DNA from: Conexivisphaerales archaeon
GTDB taxonomy: Archaea > Thermoproteota > Nitrososphaeria > Conexivisphaerales > DTJL01
Assembly (NCBI GenBank): GCA_049509455.1
Contig: JBEKZX010000014.1
Coordinates: 1 to 28,679, forward strand
DNA length: 28,679 nucleotides
Direction of reading: 5' to 3'
Both the position numbers and the translations under genes were made by a program. A model generated the notes under the pieces. The model made no database searches. It saw only the letters and a program-made list of their open reading frames with translations, and was not told the DNA's origin. Each line of letters starts with the position of its first letter. The first letter of the stretch is position 1. Positions 9,447 to 17,663 of the stretch are shown piece after piece.

Positions 9447-9547
9447 ATGGAGCGCGTCAGGCTGAGCATGACGGCCCGAGGGCGTCCGTGATAGGCTTCG
9501 GCGCCTGGCAGGCCGGCGGCGCAGGATGGAGGCTGACGGACCGAGAA
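9447..9547 (+). pseudogene. frameshifted 5' remnant of an aldo/keto reductase
   Basis: ATG 9447 gives MERVRLSMT; after a one-base frame change it reads PRASVIGFGAWQAGGAGW, matching the AKR N-terminus (MeyrrLGrtGl.vSvIGlGaWq.Gg..W). Nothing AKR-like follows. Confidence 0.7.
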
Positions 9548-9602
9548 ATGAGTAAATTAACCAAAGCGGCCGATGAACTGCACTTGTCTTGCTTCCAGGG
9601 AA

Positions 9603-9929
9603 TCATTTCCCTGCGGCGAGGGCTTCCTTGAGGCAATCGACCAAGCCCCTGCCTTCCGTGTACGGCAACCCGAACTCATTGCAGACGTTCTTGTTGATGA
9701 TGTCAATCAAGACGACAGAACCGTTACTGAACACGGCCTTGATGTGCCTTTCCAAGGGCTCTGGGTCATCAACGATGCTCTCCCACTCGAGCTTCTGGAC
9801 CTTCTTGAAGCTTAGCCGTAACGCAGTAGAAGCCACCCTGCCGAGCACCTCTAGAGACAAATCTATCGTAAGGAGCATTCGTCTCTTCTTCTCTTCCAGC
9901 CCTTCACCGGTGCTCTCTGCAGATGGCAT
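9603..9929 (-). CDS. small alpha-helical protein, DUF3227/NitrOD5-like, directly downstream of the response regulator
   Basis: Aligns by eye with 8055-8390 (IDLSL..LG..AS.ALR...KK...VDDPE.LE..I..VF...D.I.K...EFGLP...L...LK.A.A). Starts 24 nt after the RR stop, with a GGTGGGG SD-like site. Confidence 0.75.
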   Translation of the reverse strand: MPSAESTGEGLEEKKRRMLLTIDLSLEVLGRVASTALRLSFKKVQKLEWESIVDDPEPLERHIKAVFSNGSVVLIDIINKNVCNEFGLPYTEGRGLVDCLKEALAAGK

Positions 9930-9952
9930 TGGTCAACCCCACCGGCTGACCG

Positions 9953-10432
9953 CTAGTTAGCCTTGGGCTTCTTCTTATCGGAGAGCTGCTTGGCCCTTTC
10001 CTTGATGTACTCGGTGACCTTCTCTTCGGAGTATTTCCTGTTCTCGGCCTGCTTCTTCAGAAGCACGCTGACCTTGTCCAGGAGCTCCTTGACGTCAAAG
10101 GGTTTGATCACGTAGCCGTCGGCGCCTTCGTTGACCGACTTTATGGCGTTATCGAGGTCGGGGTAGCCCGTCACAATGACCTTGACCATGTCCACCACTC
10201 CACCCGACATCTTCGACAGCAGCTCGGTGCCCTTCATGTCGGGGAGAACAATGTCGATAAGCGCCAGGTCGTAGTGGTGCTTTTTGTACTTCGCGATGGC
10301 TTCCTTTCCGTCCTTGGCCACGTCAACCTGGTAGCCCTTGAGGTCAAGCACGTTGGCAAGAGACATCCTTATTCCTTCGTCGTCGTCGATGACAAGTACT
10401 CTCGCCTTAGATGCTCTTTCTTTCATTACCAT
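9953..10432 (-). CDS. response regulator receiver protein with a short C-terminal helical tail
   Basis: VLVIDDD, phospho-acceptor LIDIVLPD, VTGY and KPF motifs. BRE/TATA CAAAGG-TTATAG at 10462-10451; start ATG 10432 or 10426. Confidence 0.95.
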   Translation of the reverse strand: MVMKERASKARVLVIDDDEGIRMSLANVLDLKGYQVDVAKDGKEAIAKYKKHHYDLALIDIVLPDMKGTELLSKMSGGVVDMVKVIVTGYPDLDNAIKSVNEGADGYVIKPFDVKELLDKVSVLLKKQAENRKYSEEKVTEYIKERAKQLSDKKKPKAN

Positions 10433-10583
10433 GACGTAAACAAACCTCCACTATAACCTTTGTGCCCGGAGGTCACTTGAGAAGCGGGTCGCAAGATGGT
10501 GCGAGTCGACCGAGCCACTGTTGCATCGGTGCGACCGTGAGCGTCGGGGATGGCCGAGCCTACGAGCCCACCGACGGCCCCTT

Positions 10584-12938
10584 TCACTTCCCGGGTTGCA
10601 GATGTGAAGGGCCCAAAGCGGATTCCAAGGGGAAGTCCTTCGTAGCCGTAGCCTTGCTGGACAACGTCAGGGTGACCGTGGTACCCTTCTTCGGAACCGA
10701 GTCTATGGCGATGGTGCCTCCATGGCCTTCGATGATCCTCTTGCAGATGGGCAGCCCAAGACCCATCCCCTGCGACTTCGTCGTGAAGAAGGGAGTGAAC
10801 AGCTTTTCCAAGTGCTCCTTCTTTATGCCGACTCCTGTGTCCTTGACCTGGATGGTCACGGTGTCTTCGGCCTTGACGGCGTTCACGGTGACGGTCCCTC
10901 CGTCTGGCATGGCGTCGGCGGCGTTCCTGAAGAGGTTCGAGAACACCCTGAGCAACTTCTGCTCGTCGGCGTACACGGTGACGTTGGGGCCTACGTTGAG
11001 CTCCACCTTGACGTACTGTCCCATCGGCGAGCGCTCTAGGGCGGTCTTGACGAAGCCCAGCAGGGAGATCTCCTTCCGCTCTCCCACTTCAGCCCGGGAG
11101 TACTCCAGGAGGTCAGAGACGATATCGTTGGCGTGCTTCACCGACTTCTCGATGAGCGTCATAGTCTTGATCACCTCGGGCTTCTCTCCCTCTACCAGGG
11201 CGTCCCGGAGGAAGAAGACGGAGGTGTTGATGCTGGTCAACGGGTTCCTCAGGTCGTGGGCCACCTGGGCTGCCAGCTCGCCTATAGCGGCCAGCCTCTC
11301 CGCCTTGACTAGCCTCTCCTGAGATTCCTTCAGCTGGGTGGTGCGCTTCTCGACCAACTTTTCCAGTTCCTGGCTGTACTTCTTGAGCTCCTCCTCCAGC
11401 TCGACGGTCTTAGTGACGTCTCGGGCGATCCCTTCCACGGCCACCAGCTTGGAGTTGGCGCCGACGACGGGGACTATCGAGACGTCGAGATGAACGGTCC
11501 TTCCGTCTTTGGTCAACCACTTCGAGCGGATGCCGCCGGTGAAGTCGACGCCGGCCCTCAGCTCGTCCAGCATCTCCTTCTGCATGAAAACGTCCCCTGG
11601 CGAAATCAGCTGGAGGCCCAGCTCCTTGTTGGAGTACATTTCATCAATGGTGTAGCCCAAGACTTTCTCAACGGACTTGTTGACGTACTCGACTCCTTTG
11701 TCCGGGGATATCCGGAACACGACGTCGACGGCGTTTTCAGCCAACCTGCGGAAACGCTCTTCGCTTTCTTTGAGGGCCTGCTCCATCTTCAGCCTCTCCG
11801 TGACGTCCGTGGAGACGCCCACCATGGCGATGGGGGCTCCGTGGACGTCCTCCACCAGAGAGATGGTGAGCACCGTCATCCTCTCGTCCCCGGCGACCGT
11901 CTTGACCCTGAGGACGCCCTCCCAGCTGCCCTTTTCGTAGACGGCGGCCATGATCTCACCCATCCCCTTGGAGGAGACGAGGTCTCCCCAGACGTCGGAG
12001 ACGGGCATCCCCATGGCCTCAGACCGCTTCTTCCCGAAGAGCTTCTCGGCCTCCTTGTTCCAGTAGACTACTCCTCCCCTCATGTCGGATGCGACGACGG
12101 CGTTGTCCACCTGGTCCAGGATGGCAGCCTGCAGCCTAATCCTGGATTCCGATTCCCGCCTCCTGATGAGATCTCTCGCCGTGACGACGGCGCCCACGAC
12201 GCTACCGTGGATGAATATGGGGTCCACGGTGACCTCGTATTCAAGGAAGACGCCAGGCTTGGTCCTGAGGCTGACGTCGACGGGTCCGAAGGTCCCACCT
12301 GTGGTGACCGTGTTCCTGAGGTCTTCTACGTCGCTCCCTGCCAGCCGTGGCAGCAGCTCGGAGATGTCCTTTCCCAGCAGTGCGCCCCTGTCGTAGCCCG
12401 TCACGATCTCCGTGCGCTTGTTGACGAAATCTATGTGCCAGAGCGAATCCACCGTGATCAGAAGTATGGTACCGCTTTCGAGGGCGGACTCCATCTTCTC
12501 ACGGGTGCGCTCCAGCTCGTCCTGAAGCGCTATGGTCTCCGTGATATCCTCGCCGGTGCACACTATGGCGGCGACTGAGCCGGCGTCATCGCGGACCAGG
12601 GTGTTGTTCCAGGAGATGGTCCTCATCCCGCCCCCGCGCGTCTTGACCGAGTTCGTGAGCCTCGTAGGCGTCTCGCCTCCCCTCATGCGATCTATCACGG
12701 AACGAGTGCTCTCGACATCCATGCGGGGGATGAATTCGCTCGCCCAGTCCTTTCCGGCCAGCTCGGAGAGGGTGTACCCGATGAGGCGCTCGGCTGTCGC
12801 GTTGAGGTAGAGGATCCTGCCCTGGATGTCAAGGATTAAGATGACCGAGCCCACGGTGTCGAGGTAATGGGAGACAGTCGCCCTGATGTCCAGCAGTGGT
12901 CCGGGCGCTGGCTGATTCCCACGAGGCGGGACGGACAT
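10584..12938 (-). CDS. cytoplasmic sensor histidine kinase, 4 PAS domains + HisKA + HATPase
   Basis: Four PAS starts (D.QGRILYLN, DSLWHIDFVN, DMRGGVVYWN, SPDKGVEYVN), H-box AHDLRNPL, N-box NLFRNAADAM, DTGVGI, FTPFFTTK and GMGLGL; no TM segment. ATG 12938 preferred over TTG 12950 from TATA ATTAATAG at 12974-12967. Confidence 0.95.
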   Translation of the reverse strand: MSVPPRGNQPAPGPLLDIRATVSHYLDTVGSVILILDIQGRILYLNATAERLIGYTLSELAGKDWASEFIPRMDVESTRSVIDRMRGGETPTRLTNSVKTRGGGMRTISWNNTLVRDDAGSVAAIVCTGEDITETIALQDELERTREKMESALESGTILLITVDSLWHIDFVNKRTEIVTGYDRGALLGKDISELLPRLAGSDVEDLRNTVTTGGTFGPVDVSLRTKPGVFLEYEVTVDPIFIHGSVVGAVVTARDLIRRRESESRIRLQAAILDQVDNAVVASDMRGGVVYWNKEAEKLFGKKRSEAMGMPVSDVWGDLVSSKGMGEIMAAVYEKGSWEGVLRVKTVAGDERMTVLTISLVEDVHGAPIAMVGVSTDVTERLKMEQALKESEERFRRLAENAVDVVFRISPDKGVEYVNKSVEKVLGYTIDEMYSNKELGLQLISPGDVFMQKEMLDELRAGVDFTGGIRSKWLTKDGRTVHLDVSIVPVVGANSKLVAVEGIARDVTKTVELEEELKKYSQELEKLVEKRTTQLKESQERLVKAERLAAIGELAAQVAHDLRNPLTSINTSVFFLRDALVEGEKPEVIKTMTLIEKSVKHANDIVSDLLEYSRAEVGERKEISLLGFVKTALERSPMGQYVKVELNVGPNVTVYADEQKLLRVFSNLFRNAADAMPDGGTVTVNAVKAEDTVTIQVKDTGVGIKKEHLEKLFTPFFTTKSQGMGLGLPICKRIIEGHGGTIAIDSVPKKGTTVTLTLSSKATATKDFPLESALGPSHLQPGK

Positions 12939-12978
12939 ACCTTCAGTCAACCGTTCGACGCGGTGACTATTAATGCCT

Positions 12979-13503
12979 TCATTTGACGGACTTCTTGCTT
13001 TCGGCGCGCTTTGGTTCTCTTTTCTTGGCGATCCCCTCTAGGTCGCTGAACCATCGCGGGACCTTGACTGCCGGCACCAGCCTTTCGGGCGAGCAGGGCT
13101 TGATGTCGAGCACCGGGGTGCCGTCGAAGGCTTCCAGACCCCTGACTTCAAGCCTCAGGCCATCATGCCGGACGAACTCCACTATCGAGAAGCCTATCGG
13201 ATTGGGCCTGGATGGGGAGTCCAGGGCGAAGACCCCCAGCCAAGGGAGCTCGTCCAGCGTCAGTCCCCTCCGGAGGAACTTCTTGGGCTTGACCCTGAGC
13301 ACGCCCTTCTGCTCGGGGCGGAGCCTGTCGAAGTAGAAAAGCACGATCAGGTGCGAGAAGCCGTCTATCCCGTCGAGGGCCTTTGTGTATTCTGGGAACA
13401 ACTCGATGGTGTACTTTAGGTCCTTGCCCATCTCCCGTACGTCTTCGTCCGAAGCAGAAGTGTGAGCTATCCCCACAGGACTGAATGCTATCTCTCCAGC
13501 CAA
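12979..13503 (-). CDS. trmO: TrmO/TsaA (YaeB/AF0241) family SAM-binding protein; putative tRNA m6t6A methyltransferase with variant motifs
   Basis: ALDGIDGFSHLIVLF, GVFALDSPSRPNPIG, GLEAFDGTPVLDIKP. Confidence 0.85.
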   Translation of the reverse strand: MAGEIAFSPVGIAHTSASDEDVREMGKDLKYTIELFPEYTKALDGIDGFSHLIVLFYFDRLRPEQKGVLRVKPKKFLRRGLTLDELPWLGVFALDSPSRPNPIGFSIVEFVRHDGLRLEVRGLEAFDGTPVLDIKPCSPERLVPAVKVPRWFSDLEGIAKKREPKRAESKKSVK

Positions 13504-13557
13504 TGCGCCATGAGTTGCATCTGGGGGCTTATTTCGGTTGCCGCACGATCTGTCGTC

Positions 13558-13950
13558 TCAACTGACGTTGACCCTTATCGGATCGATGCGCATGACCACC
13601 CGATGCTCGCCGGGCTTCATTCCGGCGTACTTGTGGCCGGTGTACTTGATTGACAGCTCATCGATGCTTTCGCGGGCCCCCTTCCTGACCATCTTCACGA
13701 CCTTCCCTCTGATGAGCAGCTTCCTGTAAGGGTCATTCATGTCGAAGACGGAGATAGCCACCCTGGGATCGCGGGTGACGTTCCTCTCCTTGACACGGCC
13801 GATGCTTGTATTGACGACGACGATGTCGCCGTCCCTCGCCACCCAAACCGGGCTCACCTGGGGGGAGCCGTCCTTCATGAGCGTCGCCAGGCTCGCGAAA
13901 TTCTTGCCGTCCAGCAGACTCCTGCCTTCCTGTGGTATCTTAGCCGGCAT
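13558..13950 (-). CDS. PPOX-class (split-barrel) probable F420-dependent oxidoreductase
   Basis: LATLMKDGSPQVSPVW, K.RNVTRDPRVAISV, RVVMRIDP. Confidence 0.9.
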   Translation of the reverse strand: MPAKIPQEGRSLLDGKNFASLATLMKDGSPQVSPVWVARDGDIVVVNTSIGRVKERNVTRDPRVAISVFDMNDPYRKLLIRGKVVKMVRKGARESIDELSIKYTGHKYAGMKPGEHRVVMRIDPIRVNVS

Positions 13951-14008
13951 CGCAGGTCGAGGGAGGAATGGGGCTCTTCATTTCTATAAGCTTTGCTTCA
14001 AGAGCCGT

Positions 14009-14737
14009 CTAGCCGGCGGCGTAAGGCTTCTCGCAAGCTATCAATACGTATCGTGAAAGGAACCAGGGGCCGGTGCTCCTGTCGAGGACGCCCTCCAGCT
14101 GCTCCACGAAGTTGACCAAGCCCTTGTTCCGCAGGGTCCTCCAGAAAACAGGATCCACCTTGAACATCGCTCTGTGGCTGAAGGGTGTAAGGCCCACGGA
14201 GGCCATCATCTTCACGCCATCGCCGAAGGCAAAGTATGCCCTCGCGGGAGGGCGGACCCGCAGCCAGGATCCCAGGCGGCGCAGGATGGCCGCCGGCGAG
14301 TACTTGTTGCTCACGTCCACTATGAGCCTCCCGCCAGGCTTCAGCACGTCGGCCATTTCGGAGACGGCGGCTTCGGGATCCTCCAGGAACTTTATCACCT
14401 TTATGCTGAGGACTTGGTCGAACGCCTCATCTCGAAAGGGCAGGCTCGATGCATCACCCACCACGAAGTGTTTGGAAGCGTCCCCAGAGTAGCGCTGGAC
14501 GGCCGAAGCTAGATCAGACTCTGAAGAATCCATGCCTACGACCTCTGGGGGAGGAGGGAAGTTGATGAGCTTCCCGAAGCCGGTGCCGACGTTCAGGAGT
14601 ATCCCCGGCCGAAGCGAGCCCAGCTCTTCTAGGATCATCCTCTGCTCGTAAGCCAAGGCGCCCAGGGCCCCGGCCGTGTTGTAACGCGCTTCGAAGTCAA
14701 AAGGGTCTTGGGTTCGTACGTCCATATCAAGGGACAA
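14009..14737 (-). CDS. class I SAM-dependent methyltransferase (Methyltransf_11-like)
   Basis: Motif I LNVGTGFG, VVGMDSS, VGDASSLPF.DEAFDQV, VLKPGGRL. Start may be ATG 14725. Confidence 0.88.
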   Translation of the reverse strand: MSLDMDVRTQDPFDFEARYNTAGALGALAYEQRMILEELGSLRPGILLNVGTGFGKLINFPPPPEVVGMDSSESDLASAVQRYSGDASKHFVVGDASSLPFRDEAFDQVLSIKVIKFLEDPEAAVSEMADVLKPGGRLIVDVSNKYSPAAILRRLGSWLRVRPPARAYFAFGDGVKMMASVGLTPFSHRAMFKVDPVFWRTLRNKGLVNFVEQLEGVLDRSTGPWFLSRYVLIACEKPYAAG

Positions 14738-14805
14738 CTTTAGGATGGGTTATGAGCCTGACGTAGCCTCATAAGGCTTTGCGCAAAAGCGGCATCATAC
14801 GGGCC

Positions 14806-15804
14806 CTAAAGGAACTTCTCGGCCCAGTGGCATGCCACCAGATGAGTGGGTTGAGATGGATCGACCTTTCTGAGGGGCGGCTCCTCCTTCCTGCAGACTT
14901 CCGTGGCGAAGGGGCAGCGAGGGTTGAATCGGCAACCGGGCGGAGGGTTGATGGCGTTAGGTATCTCCCCGTGGGGGATATTCTTGTTCTTCTTGGCTGA
15001 CGGGTCGGGGACGGGCACGGCGGCCAGGAGTGCCTGGGTGTAGGGGTGGAGGGGAAGCCTGAATATCTCCTTCGTGTCGCCCTGCTCCGCTATCCTGCCG
15101 AGATACATAATACCAATCTTGTTGCACAAGTACTTCGCCACGGCCAGGTCATGCGTAATGAACAGGTAGGTGAGGCCCAGCCTGTCATGCATGCCGCGCA
15201 TGACGTCAAGAATCTGGGCCCTCACGGAAACGTCGACCATGGCGACCGGCTCGTCGGCTACGACGTACTCCGGGCGTGTGATGAGCGCCCTGGCGATGAC
15301 GACGCGCTGCTTCTGGCCTCCGCTCAGGTTGCTAGGGTAGCGGCCGTAGATTTCACGGGCTGGTGTGAGGCCTACGTATTCGAACATCTCCAGGACGCGC
15401 TTCTTCGCTTTCGGGCCGCCCTCTCCCTCCAGGAGCCTGATGGCGTCGGCCACGGCATCGCCAACCTTCATCTTCGGGCTCAGCGAAGCGGTGGGGTCCT
15501 GAAAGATGATCTGCATGCGCCGGCGCATCTTGCGGAGGGCCGTCCCGTCCAGCTTCTGGACCTCGATCCCGTCTAGCACGACCTTCCCCGACGTCGGCTT
15601 CAACAGGCCGATGGTTAGGCGGCCCGTCGTGGTCTTCCCACTTCCGCTCTCTCCCACAAGGCCGTAGATGTCGCCCCTGGCCAAGGAGAAGCTCACTCCA
15701 TCCACCGCCTTGACGAAGGTCTGCTTTCTAGTGGTCAGCTGCTCCAGCAGCCCATGCTGCACCGGGAAGTACTTCTTCAGTTCCGCGACCTCTAGGAAAG
15801 ACAC
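14806..15804 (-). CDS. dppF: peptide ABC transporter ATP-binding subunit (DppF/OppF)
   Basis: Walker A GESGSGKT, LSGGQKQR, ADEP, HPYT, and C-terminal GCRFNPRCP...ACH. Confidence 0.95.
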   Translation of the reverse strand: MSFLEVAELKKYFPVQHGLLEQLTTRKQTFVKAVDGVSFSLARGDIYGLVGESGSGKTTTGRLTIGLLKPTSGKVVLDGIEVQKLDGTALRKMRRRMQIIFQDPTASLSPKMKVGDAVADAIRLLEGEGGPKAKKRVLEMFEYVGLTPAREIYGRYPSNLSGGQKQRVVIARALITRPEYVVADEPVAMVDVSVRAQILDVMRGMHDRLGLTYLFITHDLAVAKYLCNKIGIMYLGRIAEQGDTKEIFRLPLHPYTQALLAAVPVPDPSAKKNKNIPHGEIPNAINPPPGCRFNPRCPFATEVCRKEEPPLRKVDPSQPTHLVACHWAEKFL

Positions 15805-15810
15805 TGCAAA

Positions 15811-16770
15811 TCACCCATATAGATGGCAGGCCGTCTCCGTTCCGTCCGCCAGCCTCGTGAGAAGCGGGTCCTCGACCCTGCACCTGTCGAAGACGTGAGG
15901 GCACCTAGGGCTGAAGGGGCAGCCCGGAGGGAGGGAAGCCATGTCGGGCGGCGTGCCGGGGATGGACTTCAGCACCTGGTCGTCGACCAGTATGTTGGGT
16001 ATGGACCCCAGGAGCGCGCCGGTGTACGGGTTCATGGGATGAGTAAACAGGTTCGCGGTCGTCGACACCTCCATGAGCTTTCCGGCGTACATGACGGCGA
16101 TCCTGTCAGCGGTCTCCGCCACCACTCCCATGTTGTGAGTGATGAGCATGAGAGAGACCGAATACTTCTTCTTCAGTTCCCTCAGCAGCTCCAGGATCTG
16201 GGCCTCTACGACCACGTCGAGAGCCGTCGTGGGCTCATCGGCGATGATGAGTTCAGGCCGGAGGGCGAGGGCCAAGCCGACCATGACCCTCTGCCTCATG
16301 CCGCCGCTAAACTGGTGAGGATAGTCGCCCACCCTAGAACGTTCCATCCCCAGGTCTTCGAAGATCTTCCGGGCGTCGTTCAAGGCGTCGGCCGGCGAAA
16401 CGGAGGGGTCGTGCTGCCGGATGTATTCGACGAAATGGTCTCCCACCTTCTTGACAGGGCTCAGGGAGGACATCGGGTCCTGGAAGACCATGGCGATCCT
16501 CTTCCCCCTGATCTTCCTCATCTCCTCCACCCCCAGCGAAAGGATGTCCACGCCGTCGAAATAGATGTGACCGGAGGCCACCACGCCGGGCGGATCAACG
16601 AGCCTGCTGATGGCGTGGCCAAGGGTGGATTTGCCGCTGCCCGACTCTCCTACGATGCCCAGCGTGGAGCCCTTGTTCAGGGTCAAGGAGACGTTGTTGA
16701 CGGCCCTGATGGTGGCGCGCCTGGTACGGTATTCAACTGTGAGCTCCTTCACCTCCAGGAGGTCGCCCAA
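15811..16770 (-). CDS. dppD: peptide ABC transporter ATP-binding subunit (DppD/OppD)
   Basis: GESGSGKS, YPHQFSGGMRQR, ADEPTTALDV, GCPFSPRCP...ACH. Confidence 0.95.
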   Translation of the reverse strand: MGDLLEVKELTVEYRTRRATIRAVNNVSLTLNKGSTLGIVGESGSGKSTLGHAISRLVDPPGVVASGHIYFDGVDILSLGVEEMRKIRGKRIAMVFQDPMSSLSPVKKVGDHFVEYIRQHDPSVSPADALNDARKIFEDLGMERSRVGDYPHQFSGGMRQRVMVGLALALRPELIIADEPTTALDVVVEAQILELLRELKKKYSVSLMLITHNMGVVAETADRIAVMYAGKLMEVSTTANLFTHPMNPYTGALLGSIPNILVDDQVLKSIPGTPPDMASLPPGCPFSPRCPHVFDRCRVEDPLLTRLADGTETACHLYG

Positions 16771-16776
16771 GGGGTC

Positions 16777-17658
16777 TCACTCCCTCCCCGCTCTTTCGGC
16801 CAGGCCTTCGCTTATCAGCCCGAAGCCCAAGGCGGAGAGCACTATCATTGTGCCTGAGAAGAAGATTGTCCACCACGCGCCGATGGGGAGGGCGGCCCTC
16901 CCATAGAAGAGGTCCACTCCCCAGTCAGGTTGGTCGAGGCGGCCTAGACCTATGAAGTCGAGGCCGGCCGTGGTGAGGATGGAGTCGGCAAAGTTGATTG
17001 TGGCCACTACCACGATGGAGGGAAGGATGTTGGGGAGTATGTACGTCGTGAGGATGTGTCCAGACCGGCCCCCTATCGACTTTGCCGCTTCGACGTAGGG
17101 GAGCTCCTTGATCGTGAGGACCTGGCTGCGGATGACCCGGTAATATGAAGGGACGTAAACGACGGCGATAGCTATCGCTTCGTTGATAGCGTTGACTCCG
17201 AACACACCGATGATCACAATGGCGAGGACGAGGCTGGGGAACGCGTACATGCTATCCATCACCAGGGACACGACCTTGTCCAGGGAGCCACCCCGGTAGG
17301 CCGAGGCGAGCCCTATGGGGACGCCCACCGCCAGACACAGTATCACCGCGGTGACGGCTACCAGAAGCATGAACCGGCCGCCCCAGATGATGCGGCTCAG
17401 CATGTCCCTGCCGTACTGGTCTGTGCCGAGCGGGAAGCTGGAGCTGGGTGGCGAGTTATCGGGCCCTACGAATAGTTCCGTCGGGCCATGGGGGGAGATG
17501 AACGGTGCGAGGAGGCTCATGCCCACGATGAAGGCCACGATGATGGTGCCGGCCACGATGAACCAGCGCCCGGAGCCGGGGCCTAATGCGGACCTGACGG
17601 CACCCATCACTCGTGGCATGAACCCGAAGGTCTCGGCTTCTTCGCCCGTCTTTGCCAT
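16777..17658 (-). CDS. dppC: peptide ABC transporter permease (DppC/OppC)
   Basis: LGTDQYGRDMLSR, EAA loop YVEAAKSIG, ILPN, DWG; about 6 TM helices. Confidence 0.95.
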   Translation of the reverse strand: MAKTGEEAETFGFMPRVMGAVRSALGPGSGRWFIVAGTIIVAFIVGMSLLAPFISPHGPTELFVGPDNSPPSSSFPLGTDQYGRDMLSRIIWGGRFMLLVAVTAVILCLAVGVPIGLASAYRGGSLDKVVSLVMDSMYAFPSLVLAIVIIGVFGVNAINEAIAIAVVYVPSYYRVIRSQVLTIKELPYVEAAKSIGGRSGHILTTYILPNILPSIVVVATINFADSILTTAGLDFIGLGRLDQPDWGVDLFYGRAALPIGAWWTIFFSGTMIVLSALGFGLISEGLAERAGRE

Positions 17659-17663
17659 CTATG

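Noticed and set aside
14570-14600. Asn instead of Asp in methyltransferase motif I (LNVGTG)
   Set aside because: A common tolerated variant; the acidic residue after beta2 (GMD) is retained.
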